A DNA stretch of 45,853 nt from a virus (IMGVR_UViG_3300033407_000030:1-45853); one strand, 5' to 3'. Counted from the stretch's first letter, positions 1-10,405 are shown. Numbers and translations are program-made. The notes: a model not told the origin generated them from the sequence alone.

Positions 1-474
1 CTCAGTCGGCAATATAGCAGGCAGAATGCTTTCGCGGATGCAGAGGGGCTTGTTAGTCAAACGCTTCGCAGAGCTATGGAGACGGCGTTGCCTACTATCT
101 TACAAGCTCAGGCTGCAGCAGGCACTAGTGGGGATGCCCTGTCCGCACTGTTAACTCAGGATTTGGCTACTCGTTCTAGTGAATCAGCAGCGGCACAAGG
201 GCTAGGAGCCGCTACAGATTATGGACAGATACTAGCCCAGCTGCAGGGTCAGAAGACCCAGGCTGTAACCTCTCTAGAGGACACTGTTACGCAGGCGCTA
301 CTTCAGGCTCTGCAGACTGACGTGGGCTCCCAGAAGCGCGGAACCGAGACTACACGCACTAAACAGAAGGGTACGCAGCAAACCTCTGGTACTCAGCAGA
401 CTCAGCAGACTACTCAGCAGACTACCGATCGTGCGTCGCAGCAGCAAAGTACTGAACGTACGCAGTCCATCTAA
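1..474 (+). CDS. Putative internal virion (ejection/pilot) protein, 5'-truncated by the window edge
   Basis: The frame of ORF 76..474 is open back to base 1 (LSRQYSRQNAFADAEG...). It is A/Q/T-rich with ACTCAGCAG repeats near 390-425 and lies between tail genes and large ejection-like genes. Confidence 0.6.
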   Translation, partial: LSRQYSRQNAFADAEGLVSQTLRRAMETALPTILQAQAAAGTSGDALSALLTQDLATRSSESAAAQGLGAATDYGQILAQLQGQKTQAVTSLEDTVTQALLQALQTDVGSQKRGTETTRTKQKGTQQTSGTQQTQQTTQQTTDRASQQQSTERTQSI

Positions 475-485
475 GGGGCAGACTC

Positions 486-2324
486 ATGGCTAAGAATTAT
501 GATGATACATTACGGGAATTAGCCGGGCGTGCTAATGAAGTGCTCAATTCAGGAGATGAGCAGCGCATTTCAGAGTTTGACTCTACCCTAAAAGGGATGG
601 CTTCTGCCTCTAATACGGACGCGAATAGCAGGCAAGCTGCTCTCCAGTTGCGGCTACCGGATGTAAATGTAGGAAGGGGTGAGGAAGGGCAGTTAGCCTT
701 CTCCCGGCCTTCTTCCTTTAACCCTACTATTCCTAGAGAGTTTGCGGCTAAGGCTAAGGTGCTGAAGCCGGGGGAGACTATCATAGTCGGGGATCAGACT
801 GGAGTTGGTATTCTGACTAGCCGAGCTCGGCAAACTACTGAGGCTATCGTAGGACGGCAGCTAGCTGGAATAGGAGATGCCGCCACCTCGCCCTCTATCA
901 AAGGGATTGCAGCTCAACTTAATTCCATTGATGGGTTGGATGATCCTATTGAGAAGCAGAAGGCTTTCTTGCAGCTCAGTTCTTCTATAGAGCTTGCCAA
1001 GTCTAGCCGTGCTATTGAACTTACTACGCTCAAAGAGCGAGAGTTCGGGGTTCCTAACTTGGAGGCACAGTTGCGCGCAGAGGAAGCCGCTGACCGTACT
1101 GACCCTAAGTGGCTGGAAAATCAAGTAGACTCTGCAATCACCTCTCAGATACGCAGTCGGCTACGTACTGCTAAGGCCGACGCTTATACCTTTGCACAGC
1201 GAGATCTAGCAGTGGACCCTGTCCTGGCAGAGATGACTGGTCGAATTAATGAGCTTACCGGTAAGATTCAGCTGGAGGCGGGGCAGACTACCGCGAAGGA
1301 TAAGGAGCAAGAGAAGGTATACGACGCTCTGTTCCCCCAAGCTCGGGATAAGATGAAGGCTTTTGCCTCCCTTGCAAGCGGGCAGCCCATGGATACTATC
1401 AACAAGGAGACTGTGCTTAAGCATCTCAATAACCCCGACGCCGGTACTATACTGTCTATGTCCCCAAAGGAGTTGTTGGGGGCTTCCGCGAATAAGGCAG
1501 AGCCCAATGCTGAGCTTTACAGAGATATAGTAGAGCGCATGGGAATTATCAAAGACGCGGAAGCAGTTGATAAGTACATGCAAGGGGTTAACCAGGTGCT
1601 ATCTTTGCCTACTAAAGATGGGGCTGTTGCTGAAGAAGCTTTAGATAAACTAGATCCTAGGCTGAAGCAGATGGCCAGTGATCCGCGTCTATTAGACATA
1701 GTGCGCAGAGACACTGCCATTACCAGTGGGATGGTGCAAGCCTCTGTAGCAGAACGCGCGTCTAGGGCCAAAGAGCGTAATGAAGAGGTAGCAGAACTAG
1801 CTATCCGATTCATGATGGAGGATGAAATGCATGGCCTTAATATCAGGCCTATTGCGTTACCTCCTGCCCCCTCCCCATTGCTTACACCCCTAATAGAGGA
1901 AGCGAAATCCAATGAATTGGGGATTGACGGTATTCTAGAAGGTCGAGCTATTGAAGGGCTCCTTAGCACAGATGACCCTCAGGCCCTTCAATCCAATATA
2001 GATATGGTGACGCAGTATGTTATTAATCTATATCGTTCTAATGGGCCTGCTCCAGTACTAGACATAGATGTTATAGGTGGGATTGAAAGGCAAGTAAGGC
2101 AACGCTTGCAAGCTAAAGCGGCGGGTCTTCATTTTGGGCGCGGGCCTTTAGATATTATGTCTAATACCTTTGTATGGAATTGGCCGGGTAATATGGTAGG
2201 CGAATCCCTAAACGCCATAGAGCGCGCCGTCTCCGTTGATAGTGCATATGCTCGTAGAATAGCAGAGACTCCTGTAACGGGCGCAGCCTTAAGGCTGGCA
2301 CAGTCTCGTCAAGAAGGACAATAA
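486..2324 (+). CDS. Putative internal virion/ejection protein (612 aa)
   Basis: Long helical-looking ORF with RBS AAGGGG, directly before the largest ORF as in podovirus ejection-protein clusters. No motif recognised. Confidence 0.55.
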   Translation: MAKNYDDTLRELAGRANEVLNSGDEQRISEFDSTLKGMASASNTDANSRQAALQLRLPDVNVGRGEEGQLAFSRPSSFNPTIPREFAAKAKVLKPGETIIVGDQTGVGILTSRARQTTEAIVGRQLAGIGDAATSPSIKGIAAQLNSIDGLDDPIEKQKAFLQLSSSIELAKSSRAIELTTLKEREFGVPNLEAQLRAEEAADRTDPKWLENQVDSAITSQIRSRLRTAKADAYTFAQRDLAVDPVLAEMTGRINELTGKIQLEAGQTTAKDKEQEKVYDALFPQARDKMKAFASLASGQPMDTINKETVLKHLNNPDAGTILSMSPKELLGASANKAEPNAELYRDIVERMGIIKDAEAVDKYMQGVNQVLSLPTKDGAVAEEALDKLDPRLKQMASDPRLLDIVRRDTAITSGMVQASVAERASRAKERNEEVAELAIRFMMEDEMHGLNIRPIALPPAPSPLLTPLIEEAKSNELGIDGILEGRAIEGLLSTDDPQALQSNIDMVTQYVINLYRSNGPAPVLDIDVIGGIERQVRQRLQAKAAGLHFGRGPLDIMSNTFVWNWPGNMVGESLNAIERAVSVDSAYARRIAETPVTGAALRLAQSRQEGQ

Positions 2325-2326
2325 TC

Positions 2327-5300
2327 ATGGCTTACTTTGATGCTCCCACTTTTGCAGGTTACTCTGCTTCCAATGATGTGGATCAGAGTAATAATTTTGC
2401 TCAGAATGCACTCGCTGTCGCAGTAGGGTCTGTGGTAGACTTCGGCACTAGCTTTTATAATAGCGTTAACTTTGGTCTGGATGACGTCAGCACCTATGAT
2501 GCATTGAATTCTATGGGCATGGATACCATGGCGTCTGGGTACCTGCAGAATAAAGGGCTTATTAATACTATCTCTTTTGTAGGGGGGCTGTTTGTCCCAG
2601 GGATGGCTGCTATAAAGTTGAGCAAAATGGCTCGAAGCGGGCTTAAAGGCACTAACATGCTGAGCCCTCAACACCAGCAGCAGAACTTTGCTAAGCTGGC
2701 TGAGCTTACTGCACAGGGTAAAAAGCAGACTAGCGAGTTCAGAAAGCTTCAACACTCTACTATGTATAAAGGCGTGGCGCAAGGGCTGGTGGATAACGCA
2801 GCAGTGGAACTTGCTATTGTAGGGTCCATGAATGCGCACCCCTTTATGGAGGACTACATGGACGACTTCGGGCAGAACTTCGCCACTAGCCTGCTCATAG
2901 GTTCCGGTATTAGCTCTGTTATAGACTTAGCAGCTACCGGTTATCAGGTTAAGAAAGTAGTAGGCGCTGTAGAGACAAGGGCGCAGCAGGAGGTGCTAGG
3001 AGCAGTGCCTTCTCGTAGTCTGGTAACTGACGGAGTGGTTAACTACCTTGAGTCCATGAAGACTGTAAAGGAAATGGATAACCTTATTAATAATAATGTT
3101 ATCAATGAAGCAACTCGTACAATAGCGCAGCGTACTCGGGACACTATGATAGTGCGTGCTGATCAGGATTTGCAGTCAGCCCTTAAAGGTAAGCTCAAAG
3201 AGGACATGACTGGTTCAAATGAGATGGCTGAGCATCTTAGGAAGATCTTTGATAATGAAGGGATGCTCGGGGTAGGAAACGCTAGCTATTTTAAACCTAG
3301 CCCCCTAGGTGGAGTGCAGCGCACTCCATTCACGGCTAGAGTTACCGAGCTCATTACCCCGATCAAGGAAAAGATTAAGGGCACTGATCAGGAAGTGGAC
3401 AAGCTAATAGTAAAATCTGCGTATGTTCCACGTGAAGGCATTATGGTTACTCCTGCTGAGGCTAACAGGCTGGCGGGGGCTGCGGACTCCTTTACAGAGT
3501 CTCAGATTAAGGCAATGGCTAAGTCTATTAGCCCTTTTCAGTTAGATGATGTAGGTCTAGATATTCTGGAAGAGCTTGCCACTAACTTGGAAGGCAAGTA
3601 TTTAGCTAAGCTAGAAGGCTACGACAAGATGGATCTTACTCATGGGGCTAAACTTGCTATCCATGAAAGCGACCTTATGTCTCTGCAAGGAGTAAGGGCA
3701 AGGGTCATTAAAGATAAAGCGCGGCTTGATACTTTAAAGACCCAGCTGCCGGAGTTGCAACAGACAGTAGATACCGCGGCTAAGGGCAGCAAGGAACTAA
3801 AGGCCGCCAAATCCGCTCTTACTAAAACTAATAACCAGATAAAGAATATAGAGGATACAGCTGAGAAGCTACAAGTTCGCGTAGTATCTGACGCGGATAG
3901 GCTATTCAATACTCAGGTACTCACTGCTAAGGTGCAGAAAAGCACAGGTATTAAACCTACGCATCTGCAGGATATAGATAACATAAGTAAATCCGCTACC
4001 CACATGAGAAACTGGGAAGGCCTAAGCGCAGAGGCACAAGATGCTATGGCGCAGTGGGTTAGAGGAGCAGGCGGTGAACGCACTATGCGTGTAGCTATAG
4101 CCCAGTACCGCAGAGCTCCTACCAGTGCCCCTGCCTGGGTCAAAGAGATAATGGAGCATCCTGAGCGTCAACGCCAGCTTGATACTCTTAAGGCACAGGC
4201 TGACTCTGAAGGTAATATATACCTACGTCGAGGTACGAAGGCTAAGCCTAATGGCCACTTTGAGGCAGAATCCTATACTACTACTCCTCGTATCGCTGCC
4301 AAGTTTGCAGGGAGAGCTGGGCATGACTATGCTTACAAGATTAAGGTAGATGATGTAGTAGGCTACATCCATGGAATAGACGAATCAGAATGGGTGGTTA
4401 TGTCACCTACGCGTGAGACTGCCAGAGACACTAGCAAGTTCCAGCGTCTTGTTACTAATGACGCAGATAACACGCTAGCTACCCAGCTTCCAGTAGTTAC
4501 TGTGGATAACGTTATACAGCATACTGACGATGCCACACGTCAGATGGCGATCAAGCTCGGTAAACTAGGCAGGAGCCCAGAGGAAATAGCGCGTCGTACT
4601 AATCTTGAGAACGAAACAGTAGAAGCTTTGCTTGGTGCGCATGGTAGCACTAACATACCCTTACGCTATCACTATGGGCAGGCCGGTAAGCTAGCAGATT
4701 ACCTGTCTCCTACTCAACGTGTTCTGTCTCTGTCTGATAACGGTAGGCTTACCTCCTACGGCGAATATGTGCATCTAATTAAGCAGCACGCAGATCAAGC
4801 TATCCTGGATAAATGGAACATAGAGACTACTATATCTTTGCTGCAAACCTCTAAGTCTGCTATTGCTAAAGATCTTATGGCAGACTTTGGGCTTGGGGCG
4901 GGGAATGCGCATGGAAGGAGTGACTTTCTTAATCTATATGATAGCCTTAAGAACCAACTGGGGCAGATATCCGATGCACTAGCAGGTAACAGACTATTGC
5001 AATCATCAGATATGTACTCCCGTATGATGGGGGATGCCGGCCTTATAGTTAATAAGTTCGGGGAGCAAAGTGCACGTGTAGCAAACTCGGCTATCGACCG
5101 CATGATAGGGCCTGCTAATCAGTATCTCAGTTCCATGGTTCAGAACACTTCGGAACTGTTAGCGCACAACGTAGTAGTGCAAGCAGTACGTAGCTCAGGT
5201 AAGGTACTTAGGCTAGACGAAAACTTCCGGCTTATGGAGGTAACGGGTACGCAGGTCGTAAATAAGCAGGTAGTGGAAGTATTAAAACCTCTGTCTTACT

Positions 5301-7747
5301 TAGGTAAAGAAGTAGCTATCCCTGAGCATATGGGCAGCTTACGTAACTTGTTCCGCCAGTATGAGAATATAGGTAAGGAACTCCAGCAGATGCGTACTAC
5401 GCAAGCTAAGATCTTAGGGGCAGTAGAGCCCTCTGATAAAGGGCTATGGCTTCCTAACTTTGATCCACGTTCTAAATTTGTTGGCTTTATTAGGACCACT
5501 GAATTGGACGAAGCTGGGCAGGCTACTATTGGTAACAGGATTGTTACTGGTAATACTCTGGAAGAACTCAATGAGAAGCGCGGCCTGCTGGTCAATCGCT
5601 ATTCTGGCACAGATACTAAAGTAGATTTTATCTGGCCCAAGGAGCGTAACCTTAGGCAGTCTACTGATTACGACAGACTGAAGCATGAGGCTATGAAAGG
5701 CAAGCTCCAGTTGGCAGACCTGGGGCAAACTAAGAAGGGTGCCGGTGCGGAGGAGTTACCAGCTGCTACTCTAGAAGAGGCTCGTAATCTACTCCATGGA
5801 TACTCAGCTTCCATCTTTGCTCATACGAGGGATATGCAAGGAATGCTGATGGATGATGTAGTAAGGCGCCTTGATATCCTTAGAGACGCCTCTCGTCAAG
5901 CCTCTGATGATCAGGCTATGACTCCTATCACTAAGTTCCTTAAGAGCCAGGTAGACGCGGCCAGTGTCATGAAGGCTACGCTGCTGGGCAGTAAGGACCT
6001 ATTAGATAGCTACGTACCAGCCCGCGCTATGAATGATGCTTTTAGCAATGCCGTGGATACTGGTATTAGTACTATTAATAAAATCAGGAATACCATAGCC
6101 ACTGAGGTAGCTCCTAGTGCTAAGGTATCTGCTAAGTGGGAAAAGGTGCAGCAGGAATTTGAAACTGCCGGGCTGCCTTACCCCTATCGCGAATTAGATC
6201 CTCCTTATATAGAAAAGCAGTTCGGCACGGAGGCCGCCAGCGGGGATGCCAGGCGCTTAGTTTCAGTAGGCAACGCATTCGCTTCCACTATGGCTCTGCG
6301 TTTCATGGAGATAGCCCACCCCCTAGTTAACCTACTTTCTATGCCTATCCTTACTCAGTCGGCCATCGGGGCTTCTACTAACAGCCTCATGGGGCATACG
6401 GCTAAGGCACTAGATGGGACTGGTATGTTCGACACTACTAGGCATATGTACACCGGAGTGCGTAATGCTTTTAATCCTCCGCCTTCTATGATACCGCTCA
6501 TGCGGAGAGCAGAAGAGACTGGAGTGTTCAAGGCTATTGTTTCTGAAGCCACGGATGTTATCAAGCTTACCAGACTACGTGACCGCGGGGCCATAGCACG
6601 GGCTGAGAAAGTAGTAGAGAAAATAGACGGGGCACTAGGAGGTAAGCTAGTAGCTGCCTCTGACTGGTCAGAGACCCTAGGCCGTAAGACAGCCTTTGGC
6701 ACTGGGGTTAACATAGCAATGGAACGCTTCGGGCTTAGGCTAGGGATGGATGACGACAAAATATTTCTGTTCGCGCGGGACTTCACGGATCGCTCTATTG
6801 GGAACTATGCGGCGCACCAGCGCCCCGTCATGTTTCATGGGACATTGGGCGCCGCCGCGGGGCTGTTCCAGACCTATATGGTCACCATGGCTCAGAACAT
6901 CTACAAGAATCTAGAGACGCGGGACTTCGCCACGATCGCCCGCACAATGGCGTGGCAGGGCTCAATCTTCGGACTAAGCTCTTTGCCAGGCTACGATCAA
7001 ATGTCTACGTACATAGGAGAGAGCGTTAATAAGGATCATACGGATTTGACGACTGGTGCCTACAAGAAGCTAGATGACGGTATGGCTAATGTAATGCTAT
7101 ACGGACTGCCTAGCAATATTGGAAGCCTGTGGGGGGATACTCAGGTTGGGCCTAGTCTTAGCACCCGAGGCGCAGTGGACCCAAGGTTCGGTATTCCTGC
7201 GGCTCAGATGGTCTACGATGCCGGAGCTTCCATAGCCACTGTGGCTAGTAGAATGGGAGTGGCTGGAGACTTTGACGCTTGGCGAGGTATGCGGGAGGCT
7301 CTGTCTATTCAGAGTATCAGCCGGCCAATAGCACGCATGAGTGAGCTTAGCCTTTCGCATTCCATTACTAGCCAAGGCCGTACAGTATCTACGCCCGAGG
7401 AAGTATGGACTCCAATAGGAGTAGCTAGCAGACTTATGGGAACTAGGACTACGGAAGAATGGAAGCTGCGAAGCGCAATGCACCTCAACACTTACTACGG
7501 GAGCGTAGACAGGGACAACAGGAAAGTAGCTATGGAAGATGTGCGTACTCAGCTAAGGGCTGGCAGCCTCAATGATAGTACGATAACTAGTGCTTTTGAT
7601 AGGTACCTAGAGAAGGGAGGGACTCCTTCCGGCTTCCGTAGCGCACTAAACAATGCGCTGCAGTTTGAGAATCAGTCAATCAGAGCTAGGCTATTCGACG
7701 ACTTGAAGCCGGATAGCCCTATACTGGATATGATTGATAATATGTGA
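2327..7747 (+). CDS. Large internal virion/ejection protein (1806 aa) with an embedded ADP-ribosyltransferase-like domain
   Basis: Last and largest gene of the structural arm, with G/A-rich hydrophobic segments. Motifs IYLRRG, ESYTTT...AAKFA and DESEWVV at about aa 631-691. Confidence 0.7.
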   Translation: MAYFDAPTFAGYSASNDVDQSNNFAQNALAVAVGSVVDFGTSFYNSVNFGLDDVSTYDALNSMGMDTMASGYLQNKGLINTISFVGGLFVPGMAAIKLSKMARSGLKGTNMLSPQHQQQNFAKLAELTAQGKKQTSEFRKLQHSTMYKGVAQGLVDNAAVELAIVGSMNAHPFMEDYMDDFGQNFATSLLIGSGISSVIDLAATGYQVKKVVGAVETRAQQEVLGAVPSRSLVTDGVVNYLESMKTVKEMDNLINNNVINEATRTIAQRTRDTMIVRADQDLQSALKGKLKEDMTGSNEMAEHLRKIFDNEGMLGVGNASYFKPSPLGGVQRTPFTARVTELITPIKEKIKGTDQEVDKLIVKSAYVPREGIMVTPAEANRLAGAADSFTESQIKAMAKSISPFQLDDVGLDILEELATNLEGKYLAKLEGYDKMDLTHGAKLAIHESDLMSLQGVRARVIKDKARLDTLKTQLPELQQTVDTAAKGSKELKAAKSALTKTNNQIKNIEDTAEKLQVRVVSDADRLFNTQVLTAKVQKSTGIKPTHLQDIDNISKSATHMRNWEGLSAEAQDAMAQWVRGAGGERTMRVAIAQYRRAPTSAPAWVKEIMEHPERQRQLDTLKAQADSEGNIYLRRGTKAKPNGHFEAESYTTTPRIAAKFAGRAGHDYAYKIKVDDVVGYIHGIDESEWVVMSPTRETARDTSKFQRLVTNDADNTLATQLPVVTVDNVIQHTDDATRQMAIKLGKLGRSPEEIARRTNLENETVEALLGAHGSTNIPLRYHYGQAGKLADYLSPTQRVLSLSDNGRLTSYGEYVHLIKQHADQAILDKWNIETTISLLQTSKSAIAKDLMADFGLGAGNAHGRSDFLNLYDSLKNQLGQISDALAGNRLLQSSDMYSRMMGDAGLIVNKFGEQSARVANSAIDRMIGPANQYLSSMVQNTSELLAHNVVVQAVRSSGKVLRLDENFRLMEVTGTQVVNKQVVEVLKPLSYLGKEVAIPEHMGSLRNLFRQYENIGKELQQMRTTQAKILGAVEPSDKGLWLPNFDPRSKFVGFIRTTELDEAGQATIGNRIVTGNTLEELNEKRGLLVNRYSGTDTKVDFIWPKERNLRQSTDYDRLKHEAMKGKLQLADLGQTKKGAGAEELPAATLEEARNLLHGYSASIFAHTRDMQGMLMDDVVRRLDILRDASRQASDDQAMTPITKFLKSQVDAASVMKATLLGSKDLLDSYVPARAMNDAFSNAVDTGISTINKIRNTIATEVAPSAKVSAKWEKVQQEFETAGLPYPYRELDPPYIEKQFGTEAASGDARRLVSVGNAFASTMALRFMEIAHPLVNLLSMPILTQSAIGASTNSLMGHTAKALDGTGMFDTTRHMYTGVRNAFNPPPSMIPLMRRAEETGVFKAIVSEATDVIKLTRLRDRGAIARAEKVVEKIDGALGGKLVAASDWSETLGRKTAFGTGVNIAMERFGLRLGMDDDKIFLFARDFTDRSIGNYAAHQRPVMFHGTLGAAAGLFQTYMVTMAQNIYKNLETRDFATIARTMAWQGSIFGLSSLPGYDQMSTYIGESVNKDHTDLTTGAYKKLDDGMANVMLYGLPSNIGSLWGDTQVGPSLSTRGAVDPRFGIPAAQMVYDAGASIATVASRMGVAGDFDAWRGMREALSIQSISRPIARMSELSLSHSITSQGRTVSTPEEVWTPIGVASRLMGTRTTEEWKLRSAMHLNTYYGSVDRDNRKVAMEDVRTQLRAGSLNDSTITSAFDRYLEKGGTPSGFRSALNNALQFENQSIRARLFDDLKPDSPILDMIDNM

Positions 7748-7762
7748 TAAGCACATAGCAAG

Positions 7763-7789
7763 AAGCCCCCTTAATTAGGGGGCTTTTTT
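7763..7789 (+). terminator. Rho-independent terminator at the end of the structural arm
   Basis: AAGCCCCCT-TAATT-AGGGGGCTT followed by a T run, 15 nt after the stop codon. Confidence 0.85.
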
Positions 7790-7804
7790 ATACCCCTATG
7801 CAAA

Positions 7805-7938
7805 TAGGGAGTGGCTGCTTGACTAAGGGATACAAGCAATAGCGTCTGCGCGGCGGCTTCCACAGCTTGGCTGTGGGGGCGACGATCACCGCGCATTGCG
7901 TAGTATGGGCCCCTAAGTCAATCACGCCTAGCGTACTC
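7805..7938 (+). repeat. Dispersed structured element, copy E1
   Basis: TAGGGAGTGGCT...TTGACTAAGGG...TAGCGT...CGGCTTCC hairpin...TGGGCCCCTAAGTCAA..ACGCCTAGCGTAC. Same layout as five other copies. Confidence 0.85.
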
Positions 7939-8068
7939 ATTTAGGAACTTTGACTAAAACAACCGCTAGCCAAAGCACAGAAGGGATTGAAATAATATAC
8001 CCCCATGTAGCCATTATCTTAAGAGTAGCCCGTAATGGAGCTAGTGATTTGTCATCCAGATCATTCAT
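7937..8068 (-). CDS. Small membrane protein (43 aa), not in the ORF track
   Basis: MNDLDDKSLAPLRATLKIMATWGYIISIPSVLWLAVVLVKVPK. Start overlaps the upstream stop (TAATG). One hydrophobic segment. Confidence 0.55.
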   Translation of the reverse strand: MNDLDDKSLAPLRATLKIMATWGYIISIPSVLWLAVVLVKVPK

Positions 8069-8289
8069 TATCTAATTCCTTTAGCCCTGCAAATATAGTT
8101 CTCTTTATGGGGGAACCAATAAGTATCACAATAGCATATGCGCTTCTTATTCTCCTTTGTCTTACGGTAGGTATCTACTGAGTAGGTTCCTCCACATGCG
8201 CAGAGAGGTTCTACATTATAGTGGGTTGGGTCTATTCTGAATGTCTTCCTTCCTTTGCACTTCTTGCATCTACAAGGAAATCTCTTCAT
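8068..8289 (-). CDS. Small basic Cys-rich (zinc-binding) protein
   Basis: CRCKKC, CACGG and CYC...H...C motifs. RBS AGGAG. Confidence 0.7.
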   Translation of the reverse strand: MKRFPCRCKKCKGRKTFRIDPTHYNVEPLCACGGTYSVDTYRKTKENKKRICYCDTYWFPHKENYICRAKGIR

Positions 8290-8298
8290 ACTAAGCTC

Positions 8299-8415
8299 CT
8301 ATAGTATATCGTAGGATCCGCAATAAAAACAGAAGTGTTTAGGATGATCAGCCACATTCCAACATCTGTTACACTTGCGGCAGTAGCGCTTCCTAACGTA
8401 TAGTGACTTACGCAT
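8299..8415 (-). CDS. Small zinc-ribbon protein (38 aa), not in the ORF track
   Basis: MRKSLYVRKRYCRKCNRCWNVADHPKHFCFYCGSYDIL has two CxxC motifs and fills the gap between neighbours. Confidence 0.6.
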   Translation of the reverse strand: MRKSLYVRKRYCRKCNRCWNVADHPKHFCFYCGSYDIL

Positions 8416-8424
8416 AGCCTTTTC

Positions 8425-8712
8425 CTATTTCACTATACGTAAGATGGGGGTCTTAACCTGCGTTTCTGGTTTAGCTTCTACTCTAATTCTGCTAATGAGC
8501 TCCATAGTCCTTGAGACTATCTCTTCTGGAGTATAGGATACTGGGCACCCCTGCCCCGTAATTTGGATAACCCCTGTATGATCGCCATTATCCCAGAAGT
8601 CAGTCTTGAGTAGTTTGATACCTCCTTCTGCTTGATTAACAATTACGTTAAGCAGCATAAAGATCATCATTAGCTCGTCGTCATTTATATGTTGATTACT
8701 CATAAAGCCCAA
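8425..8712 (-). CDS. Hypothetical protein
   Basis: Tightly packed in the - strand operon. True start may be the second Met (MSNQ). Confidence 0.6.
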   Translation of the reverse strand: MGFMSNQHINDDELMMIFMLLNVIVNQAEGGIKLLKTDFWDNGDHTGVIQITGQGCPVSYTPEEIVSRTMELISRIRVEAKPETQVKTPILRIVK

Positions 8713-9001
8713 ACTCCTTTGCCATTAGCGCATGAATAGCTTCCTGGGTAGGCATACCTCCTACGGTAGATAACGTCCCTTTTATTTTACCATTAACCCA
8801 GAGCTCTAACTCTCCTCCTATTTTATTATGACGCCAGCCAGAGAACTCCTCCTTTTGTAATTCAGTTGCCAGCTTAAAATCAGCATGGTCCGGCCGTTTA
8901 AACTGCTCTGTTTGAATATTACCAGGGTCCCCCATACTAATGAACTTACGTAGAAATTGCTGCTCAAGTTTTTGTTTCGTTGTCTTCGTATCTTCAGACA
9001 T
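8696..9001 (-). CDS. Hypothetical protein
   Basis: RBS GAGGAG upstream. Overlaps both neighbours. Confidence 0.65.
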   Translation of the reverse strand: MSEDTKTTKQKLEQQFLRKFISMGDPGNIQTEQFKRPDHADFKLATELQKEEFSGWRHNKIGGELELWVNGKIKGTLSTVGGMPTQEAIHALMAKEFGLYE

Positions 9002-9161
9002 TAGCCTTCTCCTCTTTTTCCTTTATGTACTTAACCCGCACCATTCGATAAAGTTGTGGAGTCAGGGTAAACCTAAGCATAATATCCTTAGGCGCCTCCT
9101 TGTTATCCATGGCTTCATAGATGGTAGGTAGCATTCTCTTAACACGCAGTGTGATCTTCAT
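8994..9161 (-). CDS. Hypothetical protein (55 aa), not in the ORF track
   Basis: MKITLRVKRMLPTIYEAMDNKEAPKDIMLRFTLTPQLYRMVRVKYIKEKEEKANV. ATGA overlap with the upstream stop. Confidence 0.55.
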   Translation of the reverse strand: MKITLRVKRMLPTIYEAMDNKEAPKDIMLRFTLTPQLYRMVRVKYIKEKEEKANV

Positions 9162-10405
9162 TCCATTTCCTCCAGTTCAAGATAGTCGGATAGGATAAGG
9201 CCATCCCCCCATTCGTCTCTAACTTTATTAATAGCTACAAAACCCTCAGGCTCAACAGCTTTTATTTTACCTGCAAATATTAGACTCTTCATTATCTCAG
9301 TCAGCTCCTGTGGCTTGGTTAGGTCTTTGCCTACTTGCTTCCATAGCGTACGTATGGGAATCGGAGTAGGGGAGCTCGAAAGTATAACCATTATATCTGA
9401 CTGAGTAGCATTGTTCTTTCCTCTGCCAAACTCTCCTAATGCTTTCGGCATTCTATTCTCAGCGAAATGCAATATGGTATTAGCTTCTAGTATATGCCTC
9501 CCTTGCACTTCTATGCTCAGGTCCATAGCTGCTAGAGTCATTGCCACTTTGAGCATGTGGGTATAGCGCCTTCCATTATAATGTTTAAAAGTAAAGTCTG
9601 GAATAGGAGGGTAGTTATGATAAATAGACTTCATAGCTTCATGCGCTTCCTTAGTAATTATGGCCTCCCCTTTTACTTCTTTTATTATAGTTTTAAGGGT
9701 GGTTAATATACCAGTTTCGTATTCCTCTTTTGGCCTTCTAGGAAGATAGTACTTAGAAGATCCTGGCTCAGAGAATACCAGCAACAATCTACTCATGAAG
9801 CCTTGCCCTACTACATCGGGGGGACAGGTTAATGAAAACCCTGTAGGGGTATTACCCGCAAGCAAATTAACAGTAGGCTTAACCACAACTACGTCCTTCC
9901 CATGCAGCTTAGGGTGTTCGTACTTGGCTCTATTGTCCCATAGCTTACCTAGCATAGTTAGGAATTCCTGATTAGCAGGACCTACTAGATCAAGGAACTC
10001 ATCTGCTACTGCATATATATCAGACACCTCCTCAGGCAGTGTGCTATCTAATAGAAACTCTAGATCTATATCTTCCTCGTCTAAAGTAATTCTAGAGCCC
10101 TCTTTTTTAGGCATCATGGAGTGCAAGAACATCTCCTTACTAAGTCTGTCTGCTGCAAACCTGTCATACCCTACCTTCCTAGCTAACTTCTCTACTATGT
10201 TAATGGCACTAGATTTCCTAGCGCCCGCCTCCCCCATAAGCATTATGTATTGACTAGGATAGATATCAGTATGCCCGAAAGGGAAAGAGAATTGCCTGCC
10301 TAGTAGAGCCCCCGTTAGGCTAATCAGGCTCCACCTATGATAGGTCAAAGGCGATTCACTGTCCCCAACGTATTCAAAATACCTCTGGAAGAATGAATCG
10401 TCCAT
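9158..10405 (-). CDS. AAA+ ATPase, putative replicative helicase (DUF3987/MCM-like) with probable C-terminal winged helix
   Basis: Walker A GEAGARKS, Walker B YAVADEF, arginine-finger-like GFMSRLL. Adjacent to the DNA polymerase. Confidence 0.7.
   Translation of the reverse strand: MDDSFFQRYFEYVGDSESPLTYHRWSLISLTGALLGRQFSFPFGHTDIYPSQYIMLMGEAGARKSSAINIVEKLARKVGYDRFAADRLSKEMFLHSMMPKKEGSRITLDEEDIDLEFLLDSTLPEEVSDIYAVADEFLDLVGPANQEFLTMLGKLWDNRAKYEHPKLHGKDVVVVKPTVNLLAGNTPTGFSLTCPPDVVGQGFMSRLLLVFSEPGSSKYYLPRRPKEEYETGILTTLKTIIKEVKGEAIITKEAHEAMKSIYHNYPPIPDFTFKHYNGRRYTHMLKVAMTLAAMDLSIEVQGRHILEANTILHFAENRMPKALGEFGRGKNNATQSDIMVILSSSPTPIPIRTLWKQVGKDLTKPQELTEIMKSLIFAGKIKAVEPEGFVAINKVRDEWGDGLILSDYLELEEME

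Noticed and set aside
7255-7265. GGGAGTGGCT inside the giant gene, and a similar match near 10611-10620 in PolA
   Set aside because: Explained by coding sequence. No matching stem or 3' motif about 130 nt downstream.
2327-7747. Giant virion protein as an N4-type virion RNA polymerase
   Set aside because: It is about half the expected size and I recognise no T7-like RNAP catalytic motifs.
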